Shown: piece by piece, positions 29,801 to 37,300 of the stretch
How the letters are laid out: each line of letters starts with the position of its first letter
Numbering within the stretch: the stretch's first letter is position 1
Assembly: GCA_963666365.2 (NCBI GenBank)
Contig: CAXXNF010000002.1
Coordinates: 2,336,001 to 2,400,000 of the forward strand
Origin: Syntrophales bacterium
Lineage (GTDB): Bacteria > Desulfobacterota > Syntrophia > Syntrophales > UBA2210
Direction: 5' to 3'
Length of the DNA stretch: 64,000 nt
Made by a program: the position numbers and the translations under genes
Notes under the pieces: generated by a model
Told to the model about the DNA's origin: nothing
The model's database searches: none
What the model saw: only the letters and a program-made list of their open reading frames with translations

Positions 29801-31396
29801 CCCCTTTGCCGTCGGATAGGGCAGGGTTGACGCAAGGTACTGGCCCGCCCCGTAGGGGGAATCGATGTACACAAGCAGATAGAAGGTTCCCTCGATATCA
29901 TCGGGAAGCCTGACGGTGCTCGACACCTGATAGCTTTGCCCGATTTCGAGTACGCCCTTGTGGCGGTTTTCGCCTATGAGCAGGTCATAGCGATCGATGC
30001 TCGAATCCTGGCTGATGTAAATCCGGTCGATCCAGAAATCTCCCCGGGTGGCATGGGTGCCCGCGTTGGTCACGGTCCAGGCGATATCGATGGTCTGGCC
30101 GCTCGAGGCATCCGCCGGGATCACCAGAGAACCTTCCACCACCTTGAGGTCCGGTTCGCGGTAGGTCACCTGCATCACCGCCGATCCCACGTTATTCAAT
30201 TTATGCGGATCGTTATCCCCTTCATAGACGCGATCCTTCAGTTCACCCGGCCAGTCGGGGAAACTGGTAGCGGTGAGCCCGTCGATGCCACCCCACCAGG
30301 CCTCCACACTGGGATTTCTGTCAGTGAACACATAGACATAGCGCCGCCCTTCGGCGCCCAGGGGCAGTGACACCGTGGTAGAGGCGCTATAGGAATCGCC
30401 GGCCGCCAGGGCGCTCTGCGGACTCTCACTGCCGAGGAAGGGTGATACATGGGCAACGGCGCCCACATATTGGGCCCGATCGAAAATGAATTCGGGGTCG
30501 GGAGACACATAGACATAATCGGTCCACCGTTCGGTCCCCCTGTAGACATCGTAGGCGCCCATATTGGTGACGGTCCACTCGACGGTGACCGTCTGACCGG
30601 AGAACGCCTCATTCGGAACGATCACCGACGTCACCTGCAGGTCAGCTGGGATCGGCGTGACGATGGAGGCAACGGCCCTGTCGTTGTTGGCGGTGAAGGG
30701 GCCTTCCCAGACCTTACGCACCTCGACCTCGTCTTCACCCCAGAGAATCCATCGCAGTTCCGATTTGCTCAGGCTGTCGATCTTCGCATAGACCTCGGAG
30801 ACGGACATGGTTTCCAGATCACCGATCTTGTCCTTGATCCGGTCCGTGAGCTTCGCCATCTCCAGCAGCAGCTCCTCGTCGTCGGTGAGCAGGATGTTCG
30901 GATCCACATTGGTCTCGACGATAATGAAACTTCCCTTGGCGCTGGGCGGCAGCGTGAAGTCGATGCTGCGCGTGTAGCTCTGGCCCCGCTCGAGGACTCC
31001 TTCGTGCAACACGGCGAAGACCAGAGTCTTGTTGGTTCCCGCTTCGTCTTCACTCACATAGACGGCGTCGGCCCACCGGTCCAGATCGGTCTTGTTGGAA
31101 CCGTTGTTGGCGACGGTCCAGGACACATGTACCTTGCTTCCGCCGTACACCGCCTGCGGCGCCTGGACGTTGGTCACCTCCAGATCGGCCGGGGGCGTAT
31201 AGAGTACGACCAGGGGCTGGGCAGCCGTCTTGAAATTATTGTTGTCCACTGCGTGGGGGTCATCGGGATTGATATTCACATCAAAGGTGAGTTCGAAGAC
31301 CTGGTTCCAGGCGTCGCTGTACACCATAATCTCGAAGATCCCCTGAATATGAATGGGCACGGTCCCGGTGATGGTCCCCTCATAGTACTCACCCAC
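11819..31396 (-). CDS. C-terminal part (6525 aa) of giant extracellular multidomain protein: CARDB-like, beta-propellers, putative Ig (He_PIG-like) repeats, YD/RHS-like repeats, dockerin-like, Big_2-like, YVTN-like propeller, PPC, HEXXH domain
   Basis: Long uninterrupted ORF with motifs PDLKV..WTVTN, LP.GA.FD...FTWTPGYDQAG, GDFGYGW, RDAEGRITAITDP, GDVNGDGLVDGSD, DAYEPNNS..DVDWFRF, HEVGHLLG. It begins mid-repeat without an evident RBS, so it is probably not an independent gene. Confidence 0.88.
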   Translation of the reverse strand: MGEYYEGTITGTVPIHIQGIFEIMVYSDAWNQVFELTFDVNINPDDPHAVDNNNFKTAAQPLVVLYTPPADLEVTNVQAPQAVYGGSKVHVSWTVANNGSNKTDLDRWADAVYVSEDEAGTNKTLVFAVLHEGVLERGQSYTRSIDFTLPPSAKGSFIIVETNVDPNILLTDDEELLLEMAKLTDRIKDKIGDLETMSVSEVYAKIDSLSKSELRWILWGEDEVEVRKVWEGPFTANNDRAVASIVTPIPADLQVTSVIVPNEAFSGQTVTVEWTVTNMGAYDVYRGTERWTDYVYVSPDPEFIFDRAQYVGAVAHVSPFLGSESPQSALAAGDSYSASTTVSLPLGAEGRRYVYVFTDRNPSVEAWWGGIDGLTATSFPDWPGELKDRVYEGDNDPHKLNNVGSAVMQVTYREPDLKVVEGSLVIPADASSGQTIDIAWTVTNAGTHATRGDFWIDRIYISQDSSIDRYDLLIGENRHKGVLEIGQSYQVSSTVRLPDDIEGTFYLLVYIDSPYGAGQYLASTLPYPTAKGSYRIDPPWPATEWNLMGQVKEFADEGNNIIATSLQVTLVDSPDLKVSSVTFVGNEDAAEGHAITGRTFDVSYTVTNDSVGAIPDRQNTWSDYIFLSRDRFLDVKSDHFLGQVVHKGALAAGASYNVTESFTVPRGILGPYYVFVLTDVPNATNPYGFVYEGANEGNNAGAAATAMIIDLAPPTDLVVEFITVPEEGAVNDWTTINYSVKNATDNNEHAKGYWADALYLSADGIWDLGDKLIGRVELEPDPDRPGEMRPIYRDLAPGESYTATLTALLPTVLPGDYRVIVRADIFDDINEGANNANNKLASADTVEVSIDTLQLEVPFTDTLTVGRELLYEIVVPAGETLKVTLTAEDKTIANELYVRYEGLPNSIYYDGKFEGHLWSDQTALVPMTEAGHYYILVRSAGWQDAAREFTPGEETLSSEVTITAELLPFCITDVKPDNGGDSRYVTMEVRGARFSNSAIVKLIRPQIAEYEAVNYEIVNATRIVAVFDLTGAPQGLYDVEVINPDGERARIPYRYLIEEAEPLSLTVGLGGPKELEYGDVGWYGFGVYSLTNVDIPYVHFEFSMPYVMNDADWYEYVQVKMSDEGEWYAGEEEVWSVGDNLIFRTNLSGFPEVEGVPWAELDSVLNLNGMLMASGFTFDFINQGYMGLTFTADLYPEMRDILKKDPNALKDLRDPDVDPQWPYEGFAFKFYIAAAATPMTAAEYVAYQRGVAEKLRVAVLDDPAAPRVLVEAAADSEVWAALYLMGLEDAGQLRPEDVPPEVHLLPTVSSLVSIATAGLLGIDTQGDIIDEGDLTGFFAQVRKWYGHEDSGRFPKDTLPDAANFDLGLTNETHFESFWVQAGTGIEVEKAAVKDPNLSDFFGITGDRSDLVRMVGPAGYGPDNFLPADMYLPYTIQFENSAESNAAVNRIQIYVDLDDDLDVRSFLLGEVSLGDIQLHLPDNQASFSGLFDFVEEKGFMLQVTAGVDVMSGIALWTFTALDPETGLVISDPDRGLLLPNTDRAQLGRLSYYIKPWPVYTEGKNMVTGLTVDASARVIYDGGTPLDTNTQTGTLDMTAPTTTVEVKSLGIGSSGATTYRITFTGVDDVEGSGVKDYTVYVREGDGAWKAWQRRITETTVTYATAPGATAEFIVLSADNAGNVESAPDGVILPAYNPGVNLGVAPTESQLAAGTRVTIVTPPAVPVTNPLFLQALDQVPAGMPGGISSSFTRVYEPFTVSVFATGFAQSGAGIGPVGIAFSPDGSAVFVSGGEGRNQIWRFGAGGGAADTPLVTLDVPVYDMVFDQAGRLWATTGGGALLRIDPDRGAVLARYGTGVQLGMAVHPDSGTLYLATGEGIATFDPDLGTFSQFSSTRVHSLAFDEEGTLYGTSWPDDGYVLRFDNRGNAEIFLIPDAPALGIAFGQAGTALENLLVVSHGDAGFLTMVDMVTLKRVRIAEGGARSGFMDVGPDGRLYIAESSQVEILAPITPPAVLALWPVDGSTLLPVVNSVTVRFDMDMFNGGAGGTGSAMNPAYYRLVSAAGREISISQVSYDSTERTATIQFEALPAGVYDVTVLAGIRSAMGLALAEPVNAEFTVMVDVTATLAPVFENTRFNRSTDTFSFDVHIVNSLDFDVLAPFRIIFTGLSDVTAVLLDPDGVTDEGYGYRELTAQGEGRLAPGESTDILTVRVYNPDHLPFALLSRVNVDVGMNEAPVVSSTPGLTATVDAAYSYQMVASDPENGEVSFLLVQAPAGAVLNASTGLLTWTPGVGSPASALFEARVFDPRGGFAVQTWQVEVSGVNAPPVMLPVADQSLTEGDLLELPVGASDSDGNALFYWADHLPPGAVFDSASQVLRWQTDGTSAGRYPDVRVYASDGISVAWQSFEILVVNKNQAPELAPLMDRTLQEGQTLVVRLLGSDADGDSLSYRGTGLPGGGALNPVTGEFTWTPEYDEHGIYVLTFAVSDGKATASRSMTVTVLNANGPMRIEGVGAWEIFEGQTLTVQINAVDPDNPRGVGVMLPDGTMDADVLLPELIWTYSLPEGAQFSEDGQTFIWTPGYDQAGTYYVDFTVTDDGDGTGIATTATGRLTITVRDLNATPVVAPIENDAMLVGESFDYLVSAVDPDGSPITLTVGGLPGYGIPGWATFTDNGDGTGILHVNPTVTTDRGDQTFTIRATDDGNGNPKAALTGTMTFVLTVIAPNAAPVLDPVASGYVAKIGDAFTLSLRARDLDEDPLVFTATGLPAGVSVVQENIYGRARISWTPEALQAGNYTVTVTVTDSGNGDPALALSDSVTFTIAVRTDNAAPLLLPMGNKTTAEGTALTFTVGYLDNDGDPVHFAATGLPRGALLDAATGVFSWTPGYDQAGTYKVSLLVSDGSAASGQDVTITVANTNRAPEFVPVRKQLTLEGTLLQFMVQAGDLDNDPLVYSIASVTRDGVSSTIPAGAVFDAKAAMMQWTPGYDQAGLYIFRFVARDPGGLTDYYDVSVEVTNVNRAPVIGHMSGHVLLVDSPFSMTVPGSDPDAGAALTYSVENLPSGAVFDAATGTLTWTPLATQTGRHDLRFTVSDGELSASASVRLEVSFDPVPPSVILELTPGFPVNPGQSVIIHGAAEGIADVASLRVLVDGKELSLDRYNRAWFIPAAPGRFIVTVEATDVDGTTASAETVIKVRDPQDVNAPAVSLITPHNAAMISGVVEVIGAVADVNLDQWALSLHALGTSEVYTLGRGYGSVDRSVLGTLSAALLPDGAYELRLTARDIGGRSATVTRMVEISSSAKTGLFTDSSVDLEMTLGGVAIHLERVYRSFSAGVKGDFGYGWLFPGFELRATSNVKPTGKEAIGIFAGYGEGTRLYVTLPDGASAGFTFTPLPVEQGGVTWYQPAWTPDDGVAWTLHTSGALLEKAAGMFYERGTGIPYNPADMTGFGEEAFTLTASDGVCYVYDGNGALRGLTDADGDSVVVTSAGIFAADGSRIAIERDAEGRITAITDPAGGRILYSYGGYGDLTAVNNLRGDSRAWYQYQGDTHLLTAVLYGNGAAHSLVEYSADGYMTATRTIDTVAGPLRDAISSAHTGQIAEGATLRIAFVLSPDELKSVVSGYAVLGVHVTGTGGFVPAAPVIEGVRGQQARTGDSSGTALFGLDASGIYVVTISGAGAGFYSVGLYAAGDVNGDGLVDGSDTALFAQAEGSSAGDAAYRVTADADRDGDVDATDRYYMELNFGFTANRPPAAAAGAATTYPDIPVAVNLAPWATDPDGSSLDYVIANVTRGTVVMGGDGTTVYFTPEKGYAGSGAGFDFIADDGSARSGAAHVTVTLSDAELQRIEFRAEDAVLHLDVYEPEFLKLYGLFSDGGYVRLPTGYAVWSSLDDAVAVVNQVGSVWALGEGTTVVTAVKGTLTAAAAIVVGESETPSLYNIYPAAYVLAAGEIRQIMFGLRDQSGALVDWAGAASGTRYYSADSSIITVTADGLVTAVKLGNASVTVINGGIRQELEFKVALSTASGSAVDASGGVVTNADNISVSLPPGTMNGQTVTVTTVPSSDAGMQVLPDGFTYVSAFTINLSGVNPSAPLTITVPAPAGSSPGDKLYLFRTAKILRGPGQFEDTWELVDVAIVGSDGYARTTSPPNPGTMDEGTFMFGDSDAVTLFQVTPYYNDAVIEVVTGSTAKQRWYFNPDQVWDNAIPLPAGATAVRVIRYDADTGYASVGEYPVPADPGALFNVAAQVDEPQHYDYTPIVTNVTVEYAPDASGVQQGTITIQGALFGDDASKLRVVILTDSIFRHQTEGLLPGQRIELPVASLDGGVVKALVPDNVQLSGKYIMVTRTVTVYQWERGTDPVPVERVLPSMTAEPKIFAPSYVFVTNTQENTVTVINPLADAGMPSAGKVRIPVGGGPSGIVVTPDGTTAIVTNSYDGTVSFIDVISLKEIDLNPDTPEIDRLILPPGAQPWYITVDPYYDRVFVTDRAKPYIYQFSLKTDSYIQQSLYTHKVTLPNMGTLTGLTGVAVLLSGDRNVPNILLAASPGKAPWSGGDASYEAGWLFSAVLPTSDAYPSKNLSFKVKGVGYKPFGLEAWEDTRQVAVAVRGRDVEGLTIVNVDLQGNMTISHRVQMDLVPSLAKRVQMEDGIVALRDSPIVAGMTLLNPMFFTNITNVQYYSWNGPRAYFDINNIEDVIFYSYNGVEYALVLANCTFNGTVDDYTRDPYLGRGANVGVVRNPLDPAKATLIGATEEIPWGWADQLAIDPFGRFLFATFKGTNEVIYYDVQQLIQVAEAMQRDASVTGKDGTNIQISLDAYARGEVNPTGYDFSQGKFVDGVFVFNAEAQAKIEKENATRKEARGLTLTKGRFTDLEKTRPSGIAASPMGPTEFVAESAVFVSTAVSDAAQDVIRFTFSVYGEEPDANTRLTAQMWWAETSQFEDDTLIPGALSYVWTIDKQYVTGGRHTVELKLSSPLGLYDDRFLIVKIDAAGNFEEQIETNNDAAFQMKTGTLVASYDGDKDPKIFGQYIRDVSVVNTFTLFVQPEEFRKTDTVRIELGGVDLGITPVRNAAAWSFTFTIDMKLLTADLTTLKYTLLSEGKTLHSEEYQIKSIAQPEWILPTSDPNQDRSIVFLPELGAYEATAVNWKDSWEGLTIASEFAAKDTLVKITVGSHLIIDFSLSKEIVYQDAGPSVEITLFGYTERFDIPGTGLLVWKAINFAQPMTRKIKFDLKDKIAWMRSLQEGYESGNLYRGISKTLTKNIALQYKPAIEVTITAKPFKVNEFFELKEGEYSLAVKFDNPIEAEYKIGFTPPGGSLTYEFKVVGKVAFGFEFKLTGGAADGGKFVSDVATFTANLEGGLKIGAGVQAVSKIFGAGVEVEVKMGLTATWNLTQAEIVPTVKVPLEITSVGQLTFLGDAVAVQVVKVTLLKHDNLLDPKASAQWFTPWEWGPEMAITANPSLTADALEDNNHPSTATDLGVIAGTETWTGLNLADDRDIDYYRFRTIEKGGETDAVNIAFAYSDPAVNVFLLDAEGAQVALGTWTDSTHLTFSLEGLAAGEYYLGMMSGEPLGAGYDLSITGPTSSAAALVASISGGPVNGTVRTGQYFDVTVSVTNAGDAASPAAESMLVWSRDGRVDFGDGNLVSPFMVPALAPGESWSSTFRVKIPAMVTGQVYVGALIDRREIVPERVRRDNEAMLPVEVTLAPDAFEYNDTAATATDLGGITTARTIPGLSLHAMADEDWFTFYLSETGTAGDQLVVERLFLEGLLLAELRDVNGVAVFDEAPGAINGVVTLSLEGLAPGRYYLRVSPVDEAAFDYTLYVQSVSRSEADLLIEDIVAPPELLPGANAAPITVSVKNPGGDAARSVTVGLVLVDVATGDEYALSPTQMIGVIGAGESVSIEFNVTVPAGSYGADLLVKAVADPAGLITELNERNNSISVPVILAVNPDPEEYNEDENGAIDLGVMRGAFTQNGRTLHSRYDLDAYLFRMVADGTATDSIEVTYSAVEGTPFVMLVDAKGGLVALGVVSSDGVTQISLDSVEAGLYRVVVRNFDGAMAYTMNMTTPDVTGSDPAMVSVSADKTMVPLSDAQVTADWTVTNFGTASSGALTIGFFLSVDDVFDAGSDISLGVTETMVDCAAGATLAGATQLDLSSQAPGFYYLMAVVSQDAGVETTTRDNVARTVAVVLPAPDAYEPNNSYAQATVVTLSDGHYTSPTLTIHDGRDVDWFRFDLAVPGGDGDLVRVVYRDADPDLRLSLMDSEGRLVGFVDGTAGASGISLKDMTPGAYYVKVEVVEGLTSYNSGYTLYVDGVGGGSALLTEETVSTGVTETAVIFESVEDFEVSAQRLAETALDLWRSVLGDVTLPAITVTVADLPDGVLGRATVIERASDGTVLTGLITVDRDADGAGWFVDTTPETNEEFLSGKGSTALTASEGSDAWGRYDLLTFLAHEVGHLLGIDGDDARFAAHTVMMLDGSWRFVGDGLSVILTADREHLCPFAHPGDLMNPALLPSLRKLPSVLDADVVRVLMGVV

Positions 31397-34300
31397 TTCG
31401 AGGGCGCCCGTGTGGGTCGCCGATCCGATCCGGAAGTCTTCCCTCCCCCCCCGGCGCCGTCTTATCCGCCGACAGCCAGAGGGAATCGGTCCACGTGGCC
31501 GGGAAGGTCACCCCTGCCCCCTTGTTGGTCACCCGGTAATAGACGGTGATCTGCGAACCGTCGAAGACCTCGGTGGGGCCGGCCACATTGGAGACCACCA
31601 GATCGGGAGGGGGAACGGGCTGTGCGTCTACGGTAAGGGACTGGGCACGCGTGTTGTTGTTCTCTCCCGCCACCGGATCGAATTCATCCACCGAATTGGA
31701 GGCGTCGACTTTGACAATAATGTACATCAGGCCCTGGGCCGCCTGGGGAATGCGCCAGTTCCCGTAGGAGCTGTACTGCTCGCCTATTGCAAGGGCAGAG
31801 CCGTTCTGCACCCAGCCGAGCTGAAGATCCCCGCCGTCCAGTTTGTTATCCAGCGACAGATAGACGCCGTCGTACCAGCGGCTGCCGCCGGTGGGCGTCG
31901 CCGCATCCCCAAGGTTGCTCACCACCCACTCCACATCCACCACGGCGCCGGCGGTGACGGTGGCGGGAATGGTCATGGAAGTCACCTGAAGATCGGGACG
32001 CTCATACAACTGAACTGTGATGGAATCCCAGGCCGTATCATTGTTGGTTCTGTCAGGATCGAGGACCGCCCCGTTCACATCGGTGCGTACAAACACCTCA
32101 TAGACACCGGAAATATACTTGGGCAGGCGGAAATTTTCCGTGCGGGTGTAGGACAGTCCCGCCCCGAGTCCCTGGGTCATGGTAAAGCTGCCGATCCGTA
32201 CGGCCTTTGACCGATCGCCGTTCGGCGCAACGAATATGGCGTCCACCCAGGTGCCGGTCAGGGCACTCGGCCCCTCATTGCGCACGGTCCAGGTGATATC
32301 CACCGCATCGCCGTCCTTTGCACTCTCCGGCGCGGTGACCGTCTCCACCACCAGGTCTGAGCGGGGCGCCACCGTATAGGTGACCTGTACCGGATCGGAC
32401 ACCTTCACATTGTTGGTAGACTGCGCGGACGCGCCGTATATGAATTCATAGGGCCCGCCTGAAACAGCAGTCTTGACGAAGAGGTAGCGGGTCGCCGTCA
32501 TCGGCTCGGCAATTACAAGATCGAGGGGAAGCGTGATCTCCACCGTCCGTGAATAGGTGCCATCGGGAGTGATGTTCCCTACGTGGGTAAAGCGTCCCAG
32601 TTCCTTCGCCCCTGCCATGTCGGCGGTCGTGCCCAGATACACCGCATCGGCCCACTCAGGTACGGAGGTGGGTCCGATACCGCTGTTGGTGACGGTCCAG
32701 CTCAGGGTAAAGGGAACACCCGTCGTAACGGCGTCGGCCACATCCACGCTGACCACTGTCAGATCGGCATAGGGCCGGAGCATAATGTCCACGAAATAAC
32801 CCGGACCGGCCTGGTTGGCACCGTCGCCCGTATGCTCATAGACCGCATCATCGATATCGGTCACCACGAAGAGCGTGAATCGCCCCTGGGTCGAGGCTGG
32901 AAGCAGGATGGTTTCCGAACGCTGATAGGACGTCCCCACGGGCATAAGTCCCGAATGGGTGAACCGCCCCACGATCCAGTCGTCCCCGTCGCCCAGCACC
33001 TCGTTCCGCGAGAGGATGACCGCATCCGTCCAGGTATCCACGGGACCGGCGCCCGTACCCTGATTGGCGACCGTCCAGGAGACGGTGAGATCGGCCGGAT
33101 CGCCAATGATCTGCTGCGGTGCCGCAACCGCGCTTACCGCGAGGTCGGCATAGGGCGCCAGTTCGACCTCCATCACGCTTGATACGCCGACGTCGTCTTC
33201 CAGTCCGTCGCCTTCGACAATCTCCCCGGCCGCATCGGTCTTCACCAGCAGATAGTAGGCACCTTCGATGCCGTTGGGAAGGGTCACGGAAAGGGTTTCA
33301 CTATAGGTCCCCGTTGCCGCGAGGATACCGGTATGAACCTTTTCACCAAGCAGCACGTCCCCCGCCGACAGGGATGCGTCGGTGGAAAGATAGATCCGGT
33401 CGATCCAGTCCGGACCGGCGGGACCGGAGCCGTTGTTGGCCACCGTCCAGGTGACATTCACCGCAGTGCCCGAAAGGGCATCGGAGGGCGCCTGCACGGA
33501 ACTCACCTGAAGGTCCCCGTGGACCAGGGTGACCGGTGCCGAATCCTTTCTGTTATTGTCCTCTGCGGTCCCCCGTTCGTAGACGGCGTTCGCTGCATCG
33601 GTTCTGACCATCCAGGTATACTGCCCGTCCGGCAGCACCGGCACGGTCACTGTTTCGGTCCGCGTGTAGGTCGATCCCACCGCAAGGGTTTCGGTGCGGG
33701 TGAAGGCACCCAGAAGCGTCTCCCCTCCCTGTCCGTCAGCCAGGTACAGTCTGTCGATCCAGGAAGCACCCGCTGCGGCCTGTCCCTTATTCTCCACGGT
33801 CCAGGATACTGCAGCGCTCTGCCCCACCACAGCAACGGGTCCCGCCACGGCGGTCACAACCAGATCGGGCAGCGGCGCCTGGGTGATGGTCACCGCACCG
33901 ATACTGGCGGCTGCGTTGTTGCCTTCCTCACCCGGTTCATTCACCTGATTGTAGACATCGGTGAGAACCAGGATTCGATAGGTCCCCTGGTCTGTATCGA
34001 GTGGCAGCAGATCCTGGGGAATCGCGATATCGACCGCCATCCCGTAACTCTCGTTCGATCCCAGGGATCCGGAATGTACAAAAGTTCCCAGATTCCTATC
34101 GCTGTTGACATCGAGCACGGCATCAGTGGACAGATAGACCCTGTCCCACCAGGCCGTTGCCAATGTGGCGGCCGTGCCGTGATTGGTCACCCGCCAGGCC
34201 ACCGCTATCTGGCCGCCCGTCAGGGCCGTCGCCGGCACGGTCACCGCATCCACCTGCAGGTCGGCAGGGGGCGTTGCGTACTCGATGGTCACGGTGCTCT

Positions 34301-37300
34301 CATAGCGGTTGTTCGCCTCGTCGCTTTCCGGCACCTGGTTCCAGACATCCACCTGGACGAGAAGTGTGTAGTCGCCTTCAACGGCCCAGGGGATCGTCAC
34401 CGAGGTGTTGCGGGTCACGCTCCCGCTCGCCGCCAGGGCCTGACTCTGGGTAAACGTGCCCACGGTGATATCGTCGTAGTTGCCAAAATAATCGTCCTGG
34501 GACAGCACAGCCCGCTCGTACCAGCCGGTATCGGCCGGGGCCGAGCCCTGGTTGGTGACGGTGTACGAAATCGCGAAGACCTGTCCGTTTTTTACGGTGG
34601 CTTCATGGGTCACTCCCGAAAGCACCAGATCCGGTGCGCTCAGTGCAACCATATGAACCGATGTGTTGTTGTCCTCATCCGCTTCGGGCTGCGACTTGTA
34701 GTGGTCGGTCGCCACAATGACGTACCAGTTCCCGGTGAGACCCCCCGGAATGTTCACCGATTTGGAAACACTGTAGCTCCCTCCCGATGCAAGCGCCGCG
34801 CTTCTCACCACAGTGGCAAGCAGCCGGTCGGCGCCATCCAGTGTGGTGTCGCTGCTGAGAAAGACCGCGTCGGTCCAGCCGGTCGTCGCGGCGCCGGCGC
34901 CGGAATTCGTCACCGTCCAGTCAACCGCAAGGGACTTGCCCGCCGCTGCGGTTGCCGGTACCGTCGCCGCCACCGTGAGATCAGCGGAACGCACTTCCAA
35001 AGCCACCGCCGTCGTGTTGTTGGCGACGTCTGTCTCGCTCTGCTGGCCGTAGGCGTCGGTCACAAAAAGCAGATAGCGGGCGCCGGTGCCGATGGAGGCG
35101 GGAATGGGCACCACGTTTCCGGCGCTTCTGGTGACCGTGTAGACGCCCCCTGCTGCCAGCGCCTCCGTGTTGGATATATTAAAGGATGCAAGAAGCGTAT
35201 CGGCTGAATCGTAGACGGTGTCATCGGACAGAAACACCATATCCCACCAGGACTTGGTGGCGGGGCCGTTACCGTCGTTTTTCACGGTCCAGCTCAGGGC
35301 GATGCGTTCGCCCCAGGAGGCCGATGCCGGCGCTGTCGTCGCCGTGACAATCAGATCCGCCGCGTTGAAGGTGATCGCCTGGGTCTTGACGTTGTTCCCT
35401 TCGTTGGCTTCTACCTGGCCGTTTCCTGCATCGGTCACGAAGATAAGATAGCCGGCGCCGCTGAGCCCGGCGGGGAGGTTCGCCTCGGTGGTCACCGTGT
35501 AGGTTCCCCCGGCCGCTGCGAGGGGGATATGATTCGCCGCCGAGAGGGAAAGCACCAAAATGTCCGTATCGGGATTCCACTGATCGTCCGTCGAGAGATA
35601 GACCCGGTCGTACCAGGTCGCCATGGCTGCCCCGGTTCCCTGGTTCACCACGGTCCAGGAAAGGCTTATGCGCTCGCCCCAGCTCGCCGTGGCCGGTGCG
35701 GTGACGGCCGTAATCTGAAGATCAGGATCACTGATCACCACCTGCCGCACCACGGTGTTGTTGGCGATGCTGGTCTCCCCCTGCACACCGTCACCGTTTA
35801 CCACAAAAATAAAATAGCGTGTACCCACTTCTCCCGCGGGGAGCACCACCTGGCGGCTTCCGGAATAGCTCGCCCCGGCGTTCAGCGGTGTCTGCGCCGA
35901 GATGTATTCGCTTACGAGAAGCCGCGCGCTCTGATCCAGTGTCTGCGATGAAGAGAGGTAGATCCGGTCGTACCAGTCCGCATAGGCGGTGCTGGCACCG
36001 GAATTGGTCACCGTCCAGCCGAGCAGTACCGCCTGACCCACGGCCGCGGTGGCCGGAGCACTTACGGCGACGAGATTCAGATCCGGTGGCTGCTGAATGG
36101 TGATTGCCTGCGCGGTCCCGGCATTGTTCGTCTCATCCGATTCGCTTTGCACCTTTCCGCCGTCGGTCACCACAATCAGGTACTTATAGTCGGTCGCCGA
36201 ATTGGGAAGCGTCACCACGCCCGATCGGGTATAGGTAGCGCCCGCAGCCAGGGGTGAGAACGCCGATGCGCTGAATGAACCCACCAGTTCATCGTCGTTG
36301 GTCAGCGTCTGGTCATAGGACAGATAGACATAGTCGTACCAGTTTCCATAGGCCCCGCCCTGACCAGCATTCGATACGGTCCAGAATACCGTGATCGACT
36401 GCTGCACCGCCGCCTGGGACGGCGCAGTCACGCTGGTGACGGTCAGATCGGGAATTTCTATCGTCAGTGCGGCCGACATGCCCGTGTTGTTCGTCTCATC
36501 GCTTTCCCCCTGTTCGTCATAACCGTCGGCCTTGACAAAGAGATACCAGGTACCCACCGACACCTGGGGCAGTGTGACCATCCGTGTTACCGTATAGGAC
36601 GCGCCCGGGGCCAGGGGGGTCAATGCCGCTACATCCTCGGCATGGACAAAGCGGTCCGTGCCCGTATTGAGCACCGTGTCGGAGGACAGATAGACCAGAT
36701 CGCGCCAGTCGCCGGGGGCTTGTACCGTCGTGCTGGCATTCGTGATGGTCCAGCTGATTTCCACCGCGGCGCCCGGGGCCGCCTTCGAGGGACCGGTCAC
36801 CTGATCCACCCGCAGATCGGGCACCGAAACGGTCAGCATGGCCGGCGCCGTGACATTGTTCCCCTCGTTCGATTCCCCCTGGTTGTTATAGACATCAGCC
36901 GCCACGAACAGATAATAGGTGCCGGCCGCGAGTGCGGGGAGCCTTACCGATTTTATAGTGGTATAGAAGGCGCCGGAGGCCAGCGGGACACGATCCGACG
37001 CGGAAAAGACGCCGATTCTGGTGTCCACCTCGGGATCGAACAGGGTATCCTCGGAGAGATAGACCCCGTCGGACCAGGCCCGGAGCGCCGGGGAAGAACC
37101 GCTGTTAGCCACCTTCCAGGAAAGCTGCAGCGCTTCCGAAGAGGCGGCGGCGGTAGGTACGGCAACCCAGCTGACCACCAGGTCCGGTGCGGTGAGCGTC
37201 AGGGCTACGGCCGTCACGTTATCGTTTTCGCTCGTCTCACCCTGAGTTCTCGAACCGTCAGCCAGAACAAGCAGATAGGACGTCGATGCCGTCCAGGTGG

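Noticed and set aside
31370..31396. GTG at 31396 as a genuine start of an independent 6525-aa gene
   Set aside because: It falls mid-repeat with no RBS or export signal, and the same frame continues upstream with repeat-consensus residues to the G8 tract.
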